Source: Parasitella parasitica NRRL 2501 (taxonomy: Eukaryota > Fungi > Mucoromycota). Taken from it: DNA of 45,070 bases. The notes below the pieces were generated by a model. It searched no databases, was not told the DNA's origin, and saw nothing but the letters and a program-made list of their open reading frames with translations. A program made the translations under genes and the position numbers. The DNA lies in NCBI GenBank assembly GCA_025201805.1, contig MU619419.1:1-45070 (forward strand), written 5' to 3'. This document shows positions 1 through 12,052 of the stretch, one piece after another (positions within the stretch are counted from its first letter, which is position 1; each line of letters opens with the position of its first letter).

Positions 1-190
1 TGATGTTGCTTGCAAATTATTCTTATCGATTAGTATCGACTAGTATTTTAAATAAGTCACCAAAAATTTATGTAGTTGTAAAAAGTATAAATAGCAGATG
101 CAAAGTTGAATCTTTGATAAGCTTTCGTATCTCATTAATTCAACGTTGTTTTTTATACTTTTCTTATTTTCGTTCTTGCAGATCTCAACA
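1..190 (+). mobile_element. LTR (family A) of a decayed Ty3/gypsy-type retrotransposon
   Basis: Starts TGATGTTG and ends CAACA (TG...CA), with internal TATAAAT. A related copy lies inverted at 38544-38724 (shared caaaaatttatgtagttgtaaaaagtataaatagcagatgca). A gag-like remnant follows. Confidence 0.7.
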
Positions 191-343
191 GCCTCAGATC
201 CCCAGTATCAGATCTAATTAAACTTCTATATTATAAGCTAACTTATTTCTGAACCCTGCCTCTTTCCCCATGCTTCTTGCTTCTTGCCCCTGGAAAGTGT
301 AATCTTACCCGGAAAAAAAATATCCGAATACATGGCCATAACC

Positions 344-875
344 ATGTTCTTCTCTAATAATAACCTCACGGAAGAACAATCTGGAGTCCTGAACAATTTT
401 CTGTCGCACTTCCATGCGCTCAGAAAATTTATTCCTTCTTGACTGGAGGCATTCTCCGATGACCTAAGCATAATCGAAGCTAACATGCACGAAAAACTGC
501 AGTGACAGATAGACCATGTTCTAATCCAAGCTGAAGCAGCTACTAAACCTCTGGGCAAAGATATTAAGGGCTTCATTGATGATCATATAGTATTGAACGG
601 TGAACAGCAATCTGTTGCAGCAACAGAAGTTCAAAACCCCACAAACACTACTCCTGCTATACCTCCGCTAATGATTAAGGTAAAGGAGCCTAATATCTTT
701 ACCGAGAAGCTGAGTCAGTGTTACTCCTCCTGCTTGCAATTGACACTTTTCTTTGCCTTAAATCCTGTTTCTCTAATGATAAGAACAAAATTCTGTACGC
801 CATATCCTAGATGCAAGGCATGGTCTTTCCTAAAATGGAATATTACCTACAAGAAATTGATCTGCAGAACAACTA
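344..875 (+). pseudogene. Degenerate retrotransposon gag fragment
   Basis: Reading across frameshifts and stops gives KVKEPNIF...QLTLFFALNPV-F-SNDKNKILYAIS*MQGMVF..MEYYL. This fits the Ty3/gypsy capsid pattern P..F.G...Q..L.F...P..F..D..KI.YA.S.L.G.A..W. It lies directly downstream of the LTR. Confidence 0.65.
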
Positions 876-876
876 G

Positions 877-1915
877 AGATTTTGTAAATTACTTTCTAAT
901 AATTTTAATATGTACTTTTTCTAATATTTTAATGCTTTGCTCCTTACGTCTCCAAATAATAGGCTTCATTTTCTTGAAGGCTGCTGAATAAAATATATCT
1001 TCCCATTCATCTAACACTGTTCGTTCTCTCTATCTGCAACTCGCTACTCAAGTAACACATGGTTTATCAAAGCTGGAATACTTTACATGTCTATTGGCAT
1101 TTGCTTGACTCTTATTTTTAGCCTCCATTAATCCATTTTATACTTAAGCTACTATCTTTCATCAAAATTTATAAATTGCTCTGGTTATGTTAAACAAGTC
1201 AAAAGACTCGACTGTATCAGAGTGCCAAAAAACGAAAATGAAAAATATAATATTAAACATTAAAATAAAAAAACGCAACCCCGACGAAAATCATGTGACG
1301 GATGAGATCAACAAACCAAAACACCAAGCCTCACTGACACAACGCCCAATTGTCACAGAACACAAAAACTAGAAGATCTTGCTACAGAAATGCCAAAACA
1401 CACGGAAAACAAGTAAAAAAATAAGAAACACCAAAAAGTATGCAAAAAAAACAACGAATACCAAGAAAAAAGACAAATCAAAGTGACTAAACAAACACAG
1501 AAAAGAAACGTAATCAAAATCCACCAATGCGAGAGAAAAACGAAAAAGCAAATCCAAAAGTCAAAAAATTAGAAAATCTCAAAAACACAAAGACAAGAAC
1601 TTGTTTAACATAACCAGAGCAATTTATAAATTTTGATGAAAGATAGTAGCTTAAGTATAAAATGGATTAATGGAGGCTAAAAATAAGAGTCAAGCAAATG
1701 CCAATAGACATGTAAAGTATTCCAGCTTTGATAAACCATGTGTTACTTGAGTAGCGAGTTGCAGATAGAGAGAACGAACAGTGTTAGATGAATGGGAAGA
1801 TATATTTTATTCAGCAGCCTCCAAGAAAATGAAGCCTATTATTTAGAGACGTGAAAAGTAAAACATCAAGATATTAGAAAAAGTACATATTTTTAGAAAG
1901 TAATTACATGAATCT
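877..1915. repeat. Long inverted repeat: arms ~877-1199 and 1599-1915, with a ~400-bp A-rich spacer
   Basis: 1599-1820 is the exact reverse complement of 978-1199 (acttgtttaacataaccagagc...ttcagcagcct). The outer ~90 bp are homologous but diverged. Confidence 0.95.
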
Positions 1916-2381
1916 TTTTCGAAAATAATTGTCATTTTACAAAGCTGCTTGCACAGTAATATTTGTTAATCAACCGAACATATCGTTACCAGAAACCCAT
2001 TCAAATACAGCAGCATTTTGCATTTAAGTATTAGTAAGTAATTAAATGTGGTCAATGTGTAGAGCTAACGATAGCAGTTTAGGCCAAACAAGTAACTTAT
2101 GAGCTGATCAGTTATGAAGTACTTGATTCTTGTTCTTGATACCATTTCTTAGATGGAAAGCGCCCCGCGCGCTGTACTACTACCGCAATGTCCGAGAAAA
2201 TTAACAGAGATTTTGACTCACGTGGAATATCTTTTTTCTCGTCTGCACAAATTGATCCTAAACATCTGCACCAATGAAACAGGACCAATCGGCCGCTATT
2301 TTCTGAAATTGATAAGTTGCTTTTTTTTTTGTTTTCGCATTTTGTTTCTTCAAGTCTTTTTTGACACCTTTTGTTTATGAT

Positions 2382-4598
2382 ATGGCACATAAATCGAACG
2401 CAAAACGAAAAGGCCAAAATAGTAATTCTAAGGCAAAAGAAAAACCCACAACAGCGCACGATGACATTGAGTCTCTTCAAATAACATTTTACGAGATTGA
2501 ATCATGGATTGAAAAAACAACTCCAATTCTATCTCGCATGACAAAGGAACTCGATAAAGCCTCTGGTCATTTTGAAAAACATCGTAAAGGAGACCAGAAA
2601 GCAACAGTCATAGCTCCAGATTTACAGCATCAGAAATTCATAGATACGAAAAACTTGGAGCAGCAATTACTGCAATTTCAACAGCAGCAGCATCAACAGC
2701 AACCGCTACCATGGAAGCGACATCTATTGAATGGTAATGCTGTTGAAGGTAATACAGCCTTGCCCTGCTCATCATCTTCGTCACCAAAAGCATCCTCTTC
2801 AAATCATACGTCAATGGATGACAGTTCAATGCAATGGCTTTTGTCCTTTCAACCTGGAAACCTTTTAAGACTTGACACCAATATTACCAGCATAGAACAA
2901 TTAATTCAAGCTGTGCAAAAAATTAAACTGCTACAGTCAGAAGAAGCTACTCCTCTCAATTCAACTAGCACAGCATCCACAGCACTAGCTCTTCCAGGAG
3001 ATGAAGATATGGCATTAGAACTTTTATATTCATCTCCCTCGAGTTCATCAACAGCGGATCAGCCATCAGACGCATATGTGGAATATTGGCAATACGCATT
3101 GGGCAGGAGACCAAAGATTTGCCTTGAAAACTATAGACATTGTCGAATGAATCTGAATAGTCTCACAAAAGATTTATCGCCTGAAGCACTCAATTACATG
3201 GGCCAAGTGTTTTGGGATTGTTTACACCCAAAATTTTCCTCTGACTGGAATTCCTTTTGGGATAGATCAGGCGACCCTAAACGGAATCAAGTGTGCATCG
3301 ACTCTGGCTTGGCAATGGTCTTTTTGCATGTAATGCGACATGACAAGGATATATGCGAGAATTCACAAGAAATTGCTGGCTTTTATTTCGACCGAGCAAG
3401 AGAAGAAATGATGGAATTTTACGACGAGCCGCCAGACTGTTCCATAATCGAAGCACTGCTAAATTTATCCATGTTTTGCATTGTCTGTAAACGATATTCT
3501 CAGGCCAAAATCTATGTTGGACTGTGTCTGCACATGGTAATGGAATGTGGCATTCATAAAGCTTGTAACCTACCAACGGATGACCTTATCAAAAGGAAAA
3601 AATACCTCAAGTTGCTGCTAATTTTGTATTATAATGACTCGACCTTGGCTGTATACGTTGGAGATCAGGCTATCATTCGTGACACCGAGTTTGATATCGA
3701 TTTTTACCAAATTATCTCGCTGAACGATACTTTATTCGAATTGAACAAGAGCAAAGACATTGGAGACAGAGTTGATTTCGACAATGGCAAGACGATAGTA
3801 AAGGAATCATATTTTGTGCACACTGTTGAGCTAGTCCGATTAACGAAAAAGACAAACGAATTGATTGGCCGGGGCGCCACTGTAAAGCAACTGTTGGCGC
3901 AGGAAAAGTACTTGGAACAGTGGGATAAGCGACTGCCTGACATCTTTAGACCTCAGAATTACAATTATGAACAACTGGAACAGCTTAAATTAAAAAGGGG
4001 AAAAGATAAAGATCTTGCAACACCAATGAATGCAAAAACATTACAAGCACAAGCATCTCTGCTGCTTAAAATACAGTACGACTCACTGTGGATTATTTTA
4101 CACAAAGCTATCCTCAACAGCATTCGACGATCAACGACAAGTGGCTCGTCTCCTTCTCTTTCTGGTCAAGAACAAAGATCATGCGCCATTTGCACCAATT
4201 CAGCAGATAGTATCGTTAAAATTTCAGAGGTCATAACTCGTTGCTTTGGATGGTGCGTGTGCCAGCAAATTATTACATGTTTGTACCACGCTTCGACTGT
4301 GTATTGCGGGAATGCTTTGATGAAGGACGATTTACAGCTGAAAAATAGAGCAAAGATTATGATACATAGAATCATGCGTATTCTAGAGGCCTGCAGGATT
4401 ATTTACGCTGGATTTCCTGATGACATGACTGATTGTCTATGCGAATTTTTGAAAAACCACGGCATGCACAACAGTCTGGAATGCTCTTGTAAATCAGGAA
4501 AAGAAAATTCATCGCCGGATCTGGCTATAGCTAATATAAAAGAAGAAGAGAATACCCTCCTGGCATCGCTATTTGATCATGATCATGATAATACATAA
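2382..4598 (+). CDS. Fungal-specific transcription factor domain protein (Fungal_trans/middle homology region), 738 aa, no Zn2Cys6 cluster visible
   Basis: Uninterrupted ORF from ATG 2382. MHR-like segments: YFDRAREEM...IEALLNLSMFC...AKIYVGLCLHMVMECGIHK, LEQWDKRLP, LLKIQYDSLWIILHK, ICTNSADSIVKI. Confidence 0.7.
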   Translation: MAHKSNAKRKGQNSNSKAKEKPTTAHDDIESLQITFYEIESWIEKTTPILSRMTKELDKASGHFEKHRKGDQKATVIAPDLQHQKFIDTKNLEQQLLQFQQQQHQQQPLPWKRHLLNGNAVEGNTALPCSSSSSPKASSSNHTSMDDSSMQWLLSFQPGNLLRLDTNITSIEQLIQAVQKIKLLQSEEATPLNSTSTASTALALPGDEDMALELLYSSPSSSSTADQPSDAYVEYWQYALGRRPKICLENYRHCRMNLNSLTKDLSPEALNYMGQVFWDCLHPKFSSDWNSFWDRSGDPKRNQVCIDSGLAMVFLHVMRHDKDICENSQEIAGFYFDRAREEMMEFYDEPPDCSIIEALLNLSMFCIVCKRYSQAKIYVGLCLHMVMECGIHKACNLPTDDLIKRKKYLKLLLILYYNDSTLAVYVGDQAIIRDTEFDIDFYQIISLNDTLFELNKSKDIGDRVDFDNGKTIVKESYFVHTVELVRLTKKTNELIGRGATVKQLLAQEKYLEQWDKRLPDIFRPQNYNYEQLEQLKLKRGKDKDLATPMNAKTLQAQASLLLKIQYDSLWIILHKAILNSIRRSTTSGSSPSLSGQEQRSCAICTNSADSIVKISEVITRCFGWCVCQQIITCLYHASTVYCGNALMKDDLQLKNRAKIMIHRIMRILEACRIIYAGFPDDMTDCLCEFLKNHGMHNSLECSCKSGKENSSPDLAIANIKEEENTLLASLFDHDHDNT

Positions 4599-4803
4599 TG
4601 CAATCTTATTTATATAACATGTACATCTAATTCACTTGGTTTTTTCGTTTATTTTTCAACATCATAATCTTTCGTTACCCTTAATACATATTTTATACAT
4701 AATGGTCTATATCTGGGCTATATTAGTATATCTCCAAAGTATATGCGATTTTTCCACTGTTATTTTATTTCTAGAATGAAATGAATATGTTCAAGGATAT
4801 TTT

Positions 4804-6277
4804 CTAATTGCGACCGCACAATTGAGTACTATCAATCATGGCAATGGAAGCGCCAAGACACCAACCAGTCTCTGCATCACGGATCTTCTTGGCAGTACGC
4901 ACCAGGCGTTCCGGAGGAACATCATAGCCAATACGCAACAGAGCATGAGTATACGTCAAGTCAAGACAATATTCAGGAGAGTGCTTTAAAACACTCAACG
5001 CATTAGGCACATGTCTAAAAACTTCGGGGTCCCCACTGCAGACACGCTGAGCCAATTCACCAAACTCGCGCACAGTGAATTGCGATGGCATGCCCAGAGG
5101 TTGTGTCAGATCGTAAAAGAAGGAGAAAACATACAAATCACGATCGCCAAATGTCTCAGTCAACGGAGGCTGATAGACACCGTCAAAAGCACAAGGAGCT
5201 AATAGACATTCCTTTTCTTTGCCAAACACTTTCTCAATCACGCCACGGCATGCAGCATGGCCAGCACCAGTACCAACCAATTCTACTTCTTTAGTGACAC
5301 TGTTGCTCGTCCATTTGATAATTTCCTTGTGAGTTTTGGGCAAACAAGGATGGTATACTCGTCCTGTGGCAATAACTTCATCTTTCCATGTCTCAATCAC
5401 GTGGTGTTTAATCAGTTTGCGAGCTTCTTTTAATCCATATCCCAAATATGAGTGCTGATACAGGTTGTATTTTTGGTCCGCATAATCCAATTCGTAAACA
5501 TGGTCTCCAGGCAACATGTGCTCCGTATCCAAGGCAAATTCAGGTTCAAAAACGATTTGGGTGGATGCACCACCTAAATCAAAAGTAGCAACTGATTTAC
5601 CACGTTCAGTTGATTTAAGGTTTCCCAAGAGATAGTTGACAGTAATCCAGGCATAGACACCTTCGTCTTTTCCATCCATAATTTCGATATCGGCTATTGG
5701 GAATGGGTATTTTACCTGCAAGCGAGAACGTACTGCTTGCAATATACGGCTGCTTTTTTCAGCGCCTAGCAAACGAAGGCCAGCCGTTGCTTTCACTGCA
5801 ATTGGGGTGCAGTGTTGCATTGATTGAGGTACACTGTCGACAGCAATTTGCAATAACTCTTCCAAGGAATCAGCAGCGCCCTCTGCGTCATCGCCAAAAG
5901 AGGAGAGACCAGGTTCCAGCATATGAAATACTTCATTCTCCAGCTCAGGTTCTTTTTTACAATGATTGAATTTGTAGACATGAACTCGAGAACCAGAGGA
6001 ACCTGCGTCAATCATGACAGCGTATTGTACAAGCGTCTTTCCTGGGTGTGGTACTGAACAATGATCTGAAAGTAAGTCTTGTGCTACGTTTTGAACTACG
6101 ATTAGTTGGAGGCTGTCTCCTTGAAATAACATTTATACCAATTTTGTTGTTGCTGTAATAGCCAGGGATAGACGAATATGATTCTGTTGGTAGCAGTATC
6201 CATATCAGAAATATGAATACAAGCACTGAAGTGATAGATAGCAGAAGCCTCTTTTTACTTTGCAGACTAAAGTTCAT
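4804..6277 (-). CDS. GDA1: Golgi guanosine diphosphatase / GDA1-CD39 family apyrase, type II membrane protein
   Basis: Apyrase conserved regions DAGSSGSR, ATAGLRLL, DGKDEGVYAW, DLGGASTQ and WCLG. N-terminal TM segment LLLSITSVLVFIFLIWILL. A 43-nt intron at 6096-6138 (GTATAA...ctaatcgTAG) joins the two ORFs. Start codon tentative. Confidence 0.9.
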
Positions 6278-7506
6278 TCTCTTTATCCAGTTTTGAAAAG
6301 ATTGTTGCTGCTGTTGTTGTTTAACTTGAATCGAGCTCTGTCGCTTGTGTAGCGAAGAGGACTGTAAAGGCGAATAATCCGTAGATAAAATATTGACTAT
6401 ATGTTTTTCTCTCTTTTTCACAGCGTAAAAAAAAGAAAAGGTGCTTGGAAGAGAGGAAGACACAATTCAGCAATCAACGGCAAATGTCGGCTTTTAAAGC
6501 TAGAAAGGAGATCCACTTCCTTATATTGGAAGCATGAATCTATCAAGCACCAAATAAATGAATAAAAGCTTACAAAAGTAGACATGAAATGCCTGCAAAG
6601 AGTTTTCAGCGAGCCTTATGTGCTTTGGGACCAGATTTCTTGGAAACTTCACATTCTTCTGCTAAATAGCCGATGATGTCTATAGAGTGAATCGACTTGG
6701 CTTGCCAAGCAGAGTTGTCTTTGTTCACTTACATTGTATGAATTTGATGCAAAGCACCAATATTGAGAATAACATACTTTTATCTGAGATAGAGCACTTT
6801 TTTCAAGTAGATCTGACATGCTTTCTTTTTTTTTTTTTATTGTTGATCACCACATTGCATATAGTGAATACCAAGATGTGTTTAGTAATACAAGTACAAG
6901 TTGTATTTTCTTTGATTATAAAAAGGTATCTATCCAAGTTTACACTTTAAAAATGAATGGCTTTATCTACTGCCTTAACATTTGTTATTCGTAAATCAGG
7001 AAGCCTGCAAATCTGACTAATAAATATCTTGCTACGATTAGTTCTTTGCTTTTATTGTTTTGTCTCGTACAACCAAGTAAAGTTCGTTTCAAAAGGTGCA
7101 TCTCCCGGAATGTATATAGACGAGTAAGAAAAGAGCGAACCCTTTCAAGCTAAAATAATAAGATTGCTAGCCAAGCAAGCCATGTTGCCAGGCAGAATGG
7201 TCGGTCTAGCCTTCGTGTAATCCAGACATGTACCAAGTAAAGAGCTAAAAGGAGGAGATCAGGGCTCTTGGTGGTTCTCAACAACAGTCCTAGTAGATAA
7301 TCTCTGTTATATTTATTCCCTCACTGAGTTTCCTCCTTCTGTTTTTCTTCCTCTTCTAACAATTTGGAAATAGTAATACAAGGATCAACTAAATATAGGG
7401 AACACTCGTTAAACATGTATTTCAAAAAAAAAAAAAAAATCTTTGGTCGAAGCTAACCCTTCTTTACTGCTAAAACCAGCATCCTTTCCCCCCCCCCCTC
7501 ACTTAA

Positions 7507-8978
7507 ATGGAAAAACAACCAGAAAAGACGATACACTTGGGGGTGAAACCTTCCACTCCAGGTAAAGCATGTTTGCAAAGCCCCAGCAGCAACGGTTACC
7601 AACAGCTCCAAATAGGTTCACCATCGCCAACAAATCATCTACGGCATGTCATTGTTGCTGCAAAAGACGGAAGAACGGGAGAAGATATGCAGCTTCATTA
7701 CACTCATGAGAAAGTAATTGGAAATGGATCGTTTGGAGTTGTATATCAAGCAAAATTAATGCACACTGGAGAACTAGCAGCAATCAAAAAGGTGTTGCAG
7801 GATAAGCGATTCAAGGTTTGATAAAGCTGTATGTAATTTTGAATCATTCTTCCTTTATTGACCTTGCCTTGCTGGATAGAACCGCGAATTGGAAATGATG
7901 AGAATGATGCACCATCCAAATGTGTGTGCCTTGAGAGCTTATTTTTATAATCAAGGCGAAAAGGTAGTATGAGTTCAACCATTGTTCTTCTTATGCTAAG
8001 ATGTCTGTGTTTAGATGGACGAAATATTCTTGAATCTTGTACTGGAGTATGTACCAGAAACAGTTTATAGAGTAGCTCGTCATTACGCCAAAATTAGACA
8101 ACCTATACCCGTTTTGCAGGTCAAGATTTACATGTATCAGCTGTACAGAGCGCTTGCATATTGTCATAGCATTGGTATCTGTCATCGAGATATTAAGCCT
8201 CAGAATTTATTATTAGAGCCCATCACAGGCGTCTTGAAGCTGTGTGATTTTGGAAGTGCGAAAATACTCAATTCTGGTGATTCCAATGTCTCTTACATTT
8301 GTTCTCGTTATTATCGTGCTCCAGAATTAATTTTTGGTGCTGCTGAATACTCTGTCAAAATTGACATATGGTCTGCTGGTTGTGTTATGGGTGAGTTGTT
8401 ATTAGGACAGCCATTATTTCCAGGTGAAAGTGGTATAGATCAATTGGTTGAAATCATCAAAGTACTCGGCACTCCATCAAGAGAACAAATCGAATTAATG
8501 AACCCTGAATATGATGACCACAAATTTCCTCTTATCAAACCACACCCATTTGCAAAGGTATTTTTTGTATTTTTGCAATCCAAGATATATGCTTATTTCA
8601 ATAATAGATCTTTAGATTACGAACACCACCAGAAGCTATTGATTTGATGTCAAATATACTACAATACAATCCATTGGCAAGACCGACTGCTAGTGAAGCA
8701 CTTATACATCCGTTTTTTGACGAATTGCGCAATCCTGATACGAAAATGCCTACAGGCAAAGAACTACCGCCGCTATTTGACTTCTCGATTGGAGGTAAAT
8801 AGTAGACCATTTGATATTCTTTTTTTTTCTCACACCACATTCAGAATTATCGATCCAACCTGAATTTATCAAAAAACTTGTACCACCACATTGCTATGAT
8901 GAATTAGCATCCAGAGGAATCAATATTAATAATTTTGAGCCGATTCCTGCAGAAGGTCTACGCATATCATTGGATTGA
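7507..8978 (+). CDS. GSK3: Glycogen synthase kinase 3 (GSK3/Rim11 family), multi-exon
   Basis: [54 protein letters not shown] and [22 protein letters not shown]. Four GT-AG introns; ends LRISLD*. Confidence 0.95.
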
Positions 8979-9204
8979 TCATCCATCCCAGCAATCTTTC
9001 TTAACTGTAAATAAATATATATAAAAAAAAGATCTGATAAAGAAATAGCCCTCTTGATGTACAATCAAGTTACAATACCATATACTGGTACCAAGCTTGT
9101 AGTCACCGTAAATGACTGTTAATCCTATTTTTTTTTTGAAAAAAAAAAAAAAAAAAAAATGTAAGTAAACATTTACTTCTATTTTGTTCATACAACCTGT
9201 ACCA

Positions 9205-10822
9205 ATGTCAAAGCGTCAAGCCGATCAATCAGATATCAATGGACTAAACAAGTCTGCTGCCCTTGGAAATGGCACAAATAGACACAATTCCGAAGAAAAG
9301 AACGAAATGGGTGATTTCGAAGATGCTTGGGAGGATGAGATGGAAGAAGAGGAAATTGTAGATGATAATGATACAAATAATGAGGGAGAAGACGGTATGG
9401 TGATTTTTGGAATTTGAAAAGTCATATCTCTTACAATTTTGACTATGGTTAGGTATGGATGTTGACGAAAAAGAGGAAGAGGAAGAAAAAGAGGAAGAAT
9501 TAAAGCTATATTTGCCTGGTCAGCCTTTAGCAGAAGGCGAGGTTTTGGAAGCTGATCCATCTGTTTACGTTATGCTTCACAATTTGGATGTTCGTCTTCC
9601 TTTCCTGAGTTTTGATATTTTGGAAGATAAATTGGGCGAAGAAAGAAAAAATGTAAGCTTTGATCTGTTGTATTAGTTGTCACGGCAACTAAAGTCAAAT
9701 GGTAGTATCCCGCTACTGCATATGTTGCTGCAGGTACCTCTTTACCTGGTGATAGAAATAACGAAGTTTTGGTCATGAAAATGTCCTCATTGCATAAGAC
9801 TCAGCAAGAAGGTAATGCAAACTACACTCATTGCAAATATCGGCAGATTACTAACGGATTATACAGATTCTGATGATGAAGACGATCCAGATGCGTTAGA
9901 TGAAGATCCTGTTCTCGAATTCAGATCGATAACCCACAATGGCTGCGTAAATCGTCTAAGAGTTATGCCTCAACAACAGGAAAAAAACATTGCTGCCACT
10001 TGGGCAGAAACTGGTAAAGTGCATATTTGGGATTTGACCTCTGCAATGGCCAGTTTAGAAGTTCCTGGCACTCCTTCCAAGACACAGCAAAAGCCTTTAT
10101 TCACCATCAACAACCATGGCCGCGAAGAAGGATATGCAATGGACTGGTCTGGTCTTGAAGCTGGTCGTCTCTTGACTGGTGATAACAATGGTCGTATTTA
10201 CCATACACTGTTAAGCCCCACTGGCATCAATACGGATAATGTACCGTTCAGAGAACACAAATCATCTATTGAGGATCTTCAGTGGTCTCCTACTGAGCGC
10301 AATGTCTTTGCTTCTTGCTCTTCTGATCAAACCGTTAAAATTTGGGATACGCGTAACAAGAAACGTTCAGCTGTCGGTATTCATGCATCGAACTCTGATG
10401 TAAACGTCATTACATGGAACAAAAAAGCCTCTTATCTATTAGCCAGTGGTCATGACGATGGTATCTTCAGTGTTTGGGATCTTCGTACCTTCAAAGGAGG
10501 GGCTTCTCAGCCAACTCCTGTCGCTACATTCAAGTGGCACAATGGACCCATTACATCTATTGAATGGCATCCTACTGAAGAATCTGTTTTAGCTGTGTCT
10601 GGTGCTGATAATCAACTGACTCTATGGGATCTGTCTGTTGAACCTGATACCGAGCAAGAAGGTCGCTTAACAAATGAAGGCATTGAAGTTCCTCCACAGT
10701 TATTATTTGTTCATCAAGGTCAAGAAGATATTAAGGAATTACATTTCCATAGACAAATACCTGGTTGTATTGTTAGTACAGCAAGTACTGGTTTGAATAT
10801 TTTCAAAACCATTAGCATTTAG
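9205..10822 (+). CDS. RRB1: Glutamate-rich WD40 ribosome assembly protein Rrb1/GRWD1
   Basis: Acidic N-terminus, LEADPSVYVMLH, WD repeats SIEDLQWSPTE and ITSIEWHPTE, C-terminus PPQLLFVHQGQ..IKELHFH..IPG...STASTGLNIFKTISI. Three introns. Confidence 0.92.
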
Positions 10823-11153
10823 ATTTATATATTCATAATTATTTCCCCTCCTTTGCCTTTTACTTTTCTTCTTCCATTTGTATTATTCTATATCTCAATC
10901 TTTTTTTACTAAAAAAAACCAAGAAAAGTGTAAAAAGTTTTACAAAGTTTTTTACGGAAGATCGTCGTTCCATTATTTGCTCCTTGCAAGTTAAAACGCT
11001 GTTACAGCCAACCCTTCAAATTTTGATGCTCACGTCTTTTTGCAAAGTGAAATTTTTTGTTACTCATTTATTGACAGACGTTTTGTGACGAGTAGAGAGC
11101 ACACACCGTTTTTCTCTTTCTTTCAATTCGACCATCAATATAGCCAAATCAAT

Positions 11154-12052
11154 ATGAAAACTTTGAAAGAATTCAAGAATTATGATCCAGTAATAAGCAC
11201 AAAGAATCAAAGTACCAAAAAGCACATCTAATCCTATTTTAATACAAGCACAGTCGCCATAAACAGCTTATGAATGAGTATTTGCAACGCCAAATAAAGC
11301 CAAAGAGTCATATTCCTGCTGCATATAAGACGGAGAAAGACATCCTTACAGAAAATCACAGGTAAGTCCCAACTATATACGTATTGAAACACAAAATAAA
11401 CCTCCCGTAGATTTGTGCATACAGATATGGAAGAAGATGAAATGACTTGGGGTCAAAGAGTGGCGAAAAAGTATTATGACAAACTGTTCAAGGAGTATGC
11501 GATATGCGAATTGAAATACCACAAGGAGGGCAGAATAGCTTTACGCTGGAGAACAGAGAAAGAAGTAATTATAGGAAAAGGGCAGTTTGTTTGTGCGTCT
11601 ACTCGCTGTGATGAGTCGAAAAAATTGCAAAGTTGGGAGGTAAATTTTGGATATATGGAGGATGGGGAAAAGAAGAACGAGCTGGTCAAAGTTAGACTAT
11701 GCCCGGAATGTTCAGACAAATTGAATTTCAAGACCAAGAAGAGGTTAGCCAAAACGCTTAAACGTAAATCAAGAGAAGAAAAAGATATCAGCAAGTTTAA
11801 AAAACAACGAAAGCATTCAAATGCGTCTTCTTCGGATAGTGATGAACCAGACAGTAAAGATGATGATTACCATAATGCTAAACAAGGCAAGTCATACATA
11901 GTATAATTATTTGCAAGATTGTTGAAAGTCTATATATAGATGAGCGTGATGAAACCTCTGCTTCTTCCATTTGGAGCAAGCCTTTGGATACAAACGAGGA
12001 TAAATCAAAAGAAGAAGAATATGATGATTACTTTACCGATTTATTACAATAA
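11154..12052 (+). CDS. FRA10AC1: FRA10AC1 family protein (spliceosome-associated)
   Basis: KKYYDKLFKEYAICEL, LRWRTEKEVIIGKGQFVC, LQSWEVNFGYME..EKKNELVKVRLCPECS.KLN and terminal EEEYDDYFTDLLQ. The last intron (11887-11939) is GC-AG. Confidence 0.9.

Noticed and set aside
877-1915. Inverted repeat as an intact Mutator/MITE element
   Set aside because: No TSD is visible and the outer termini are the least conserved part. It is retained as an unexplained inverted repeat instead.
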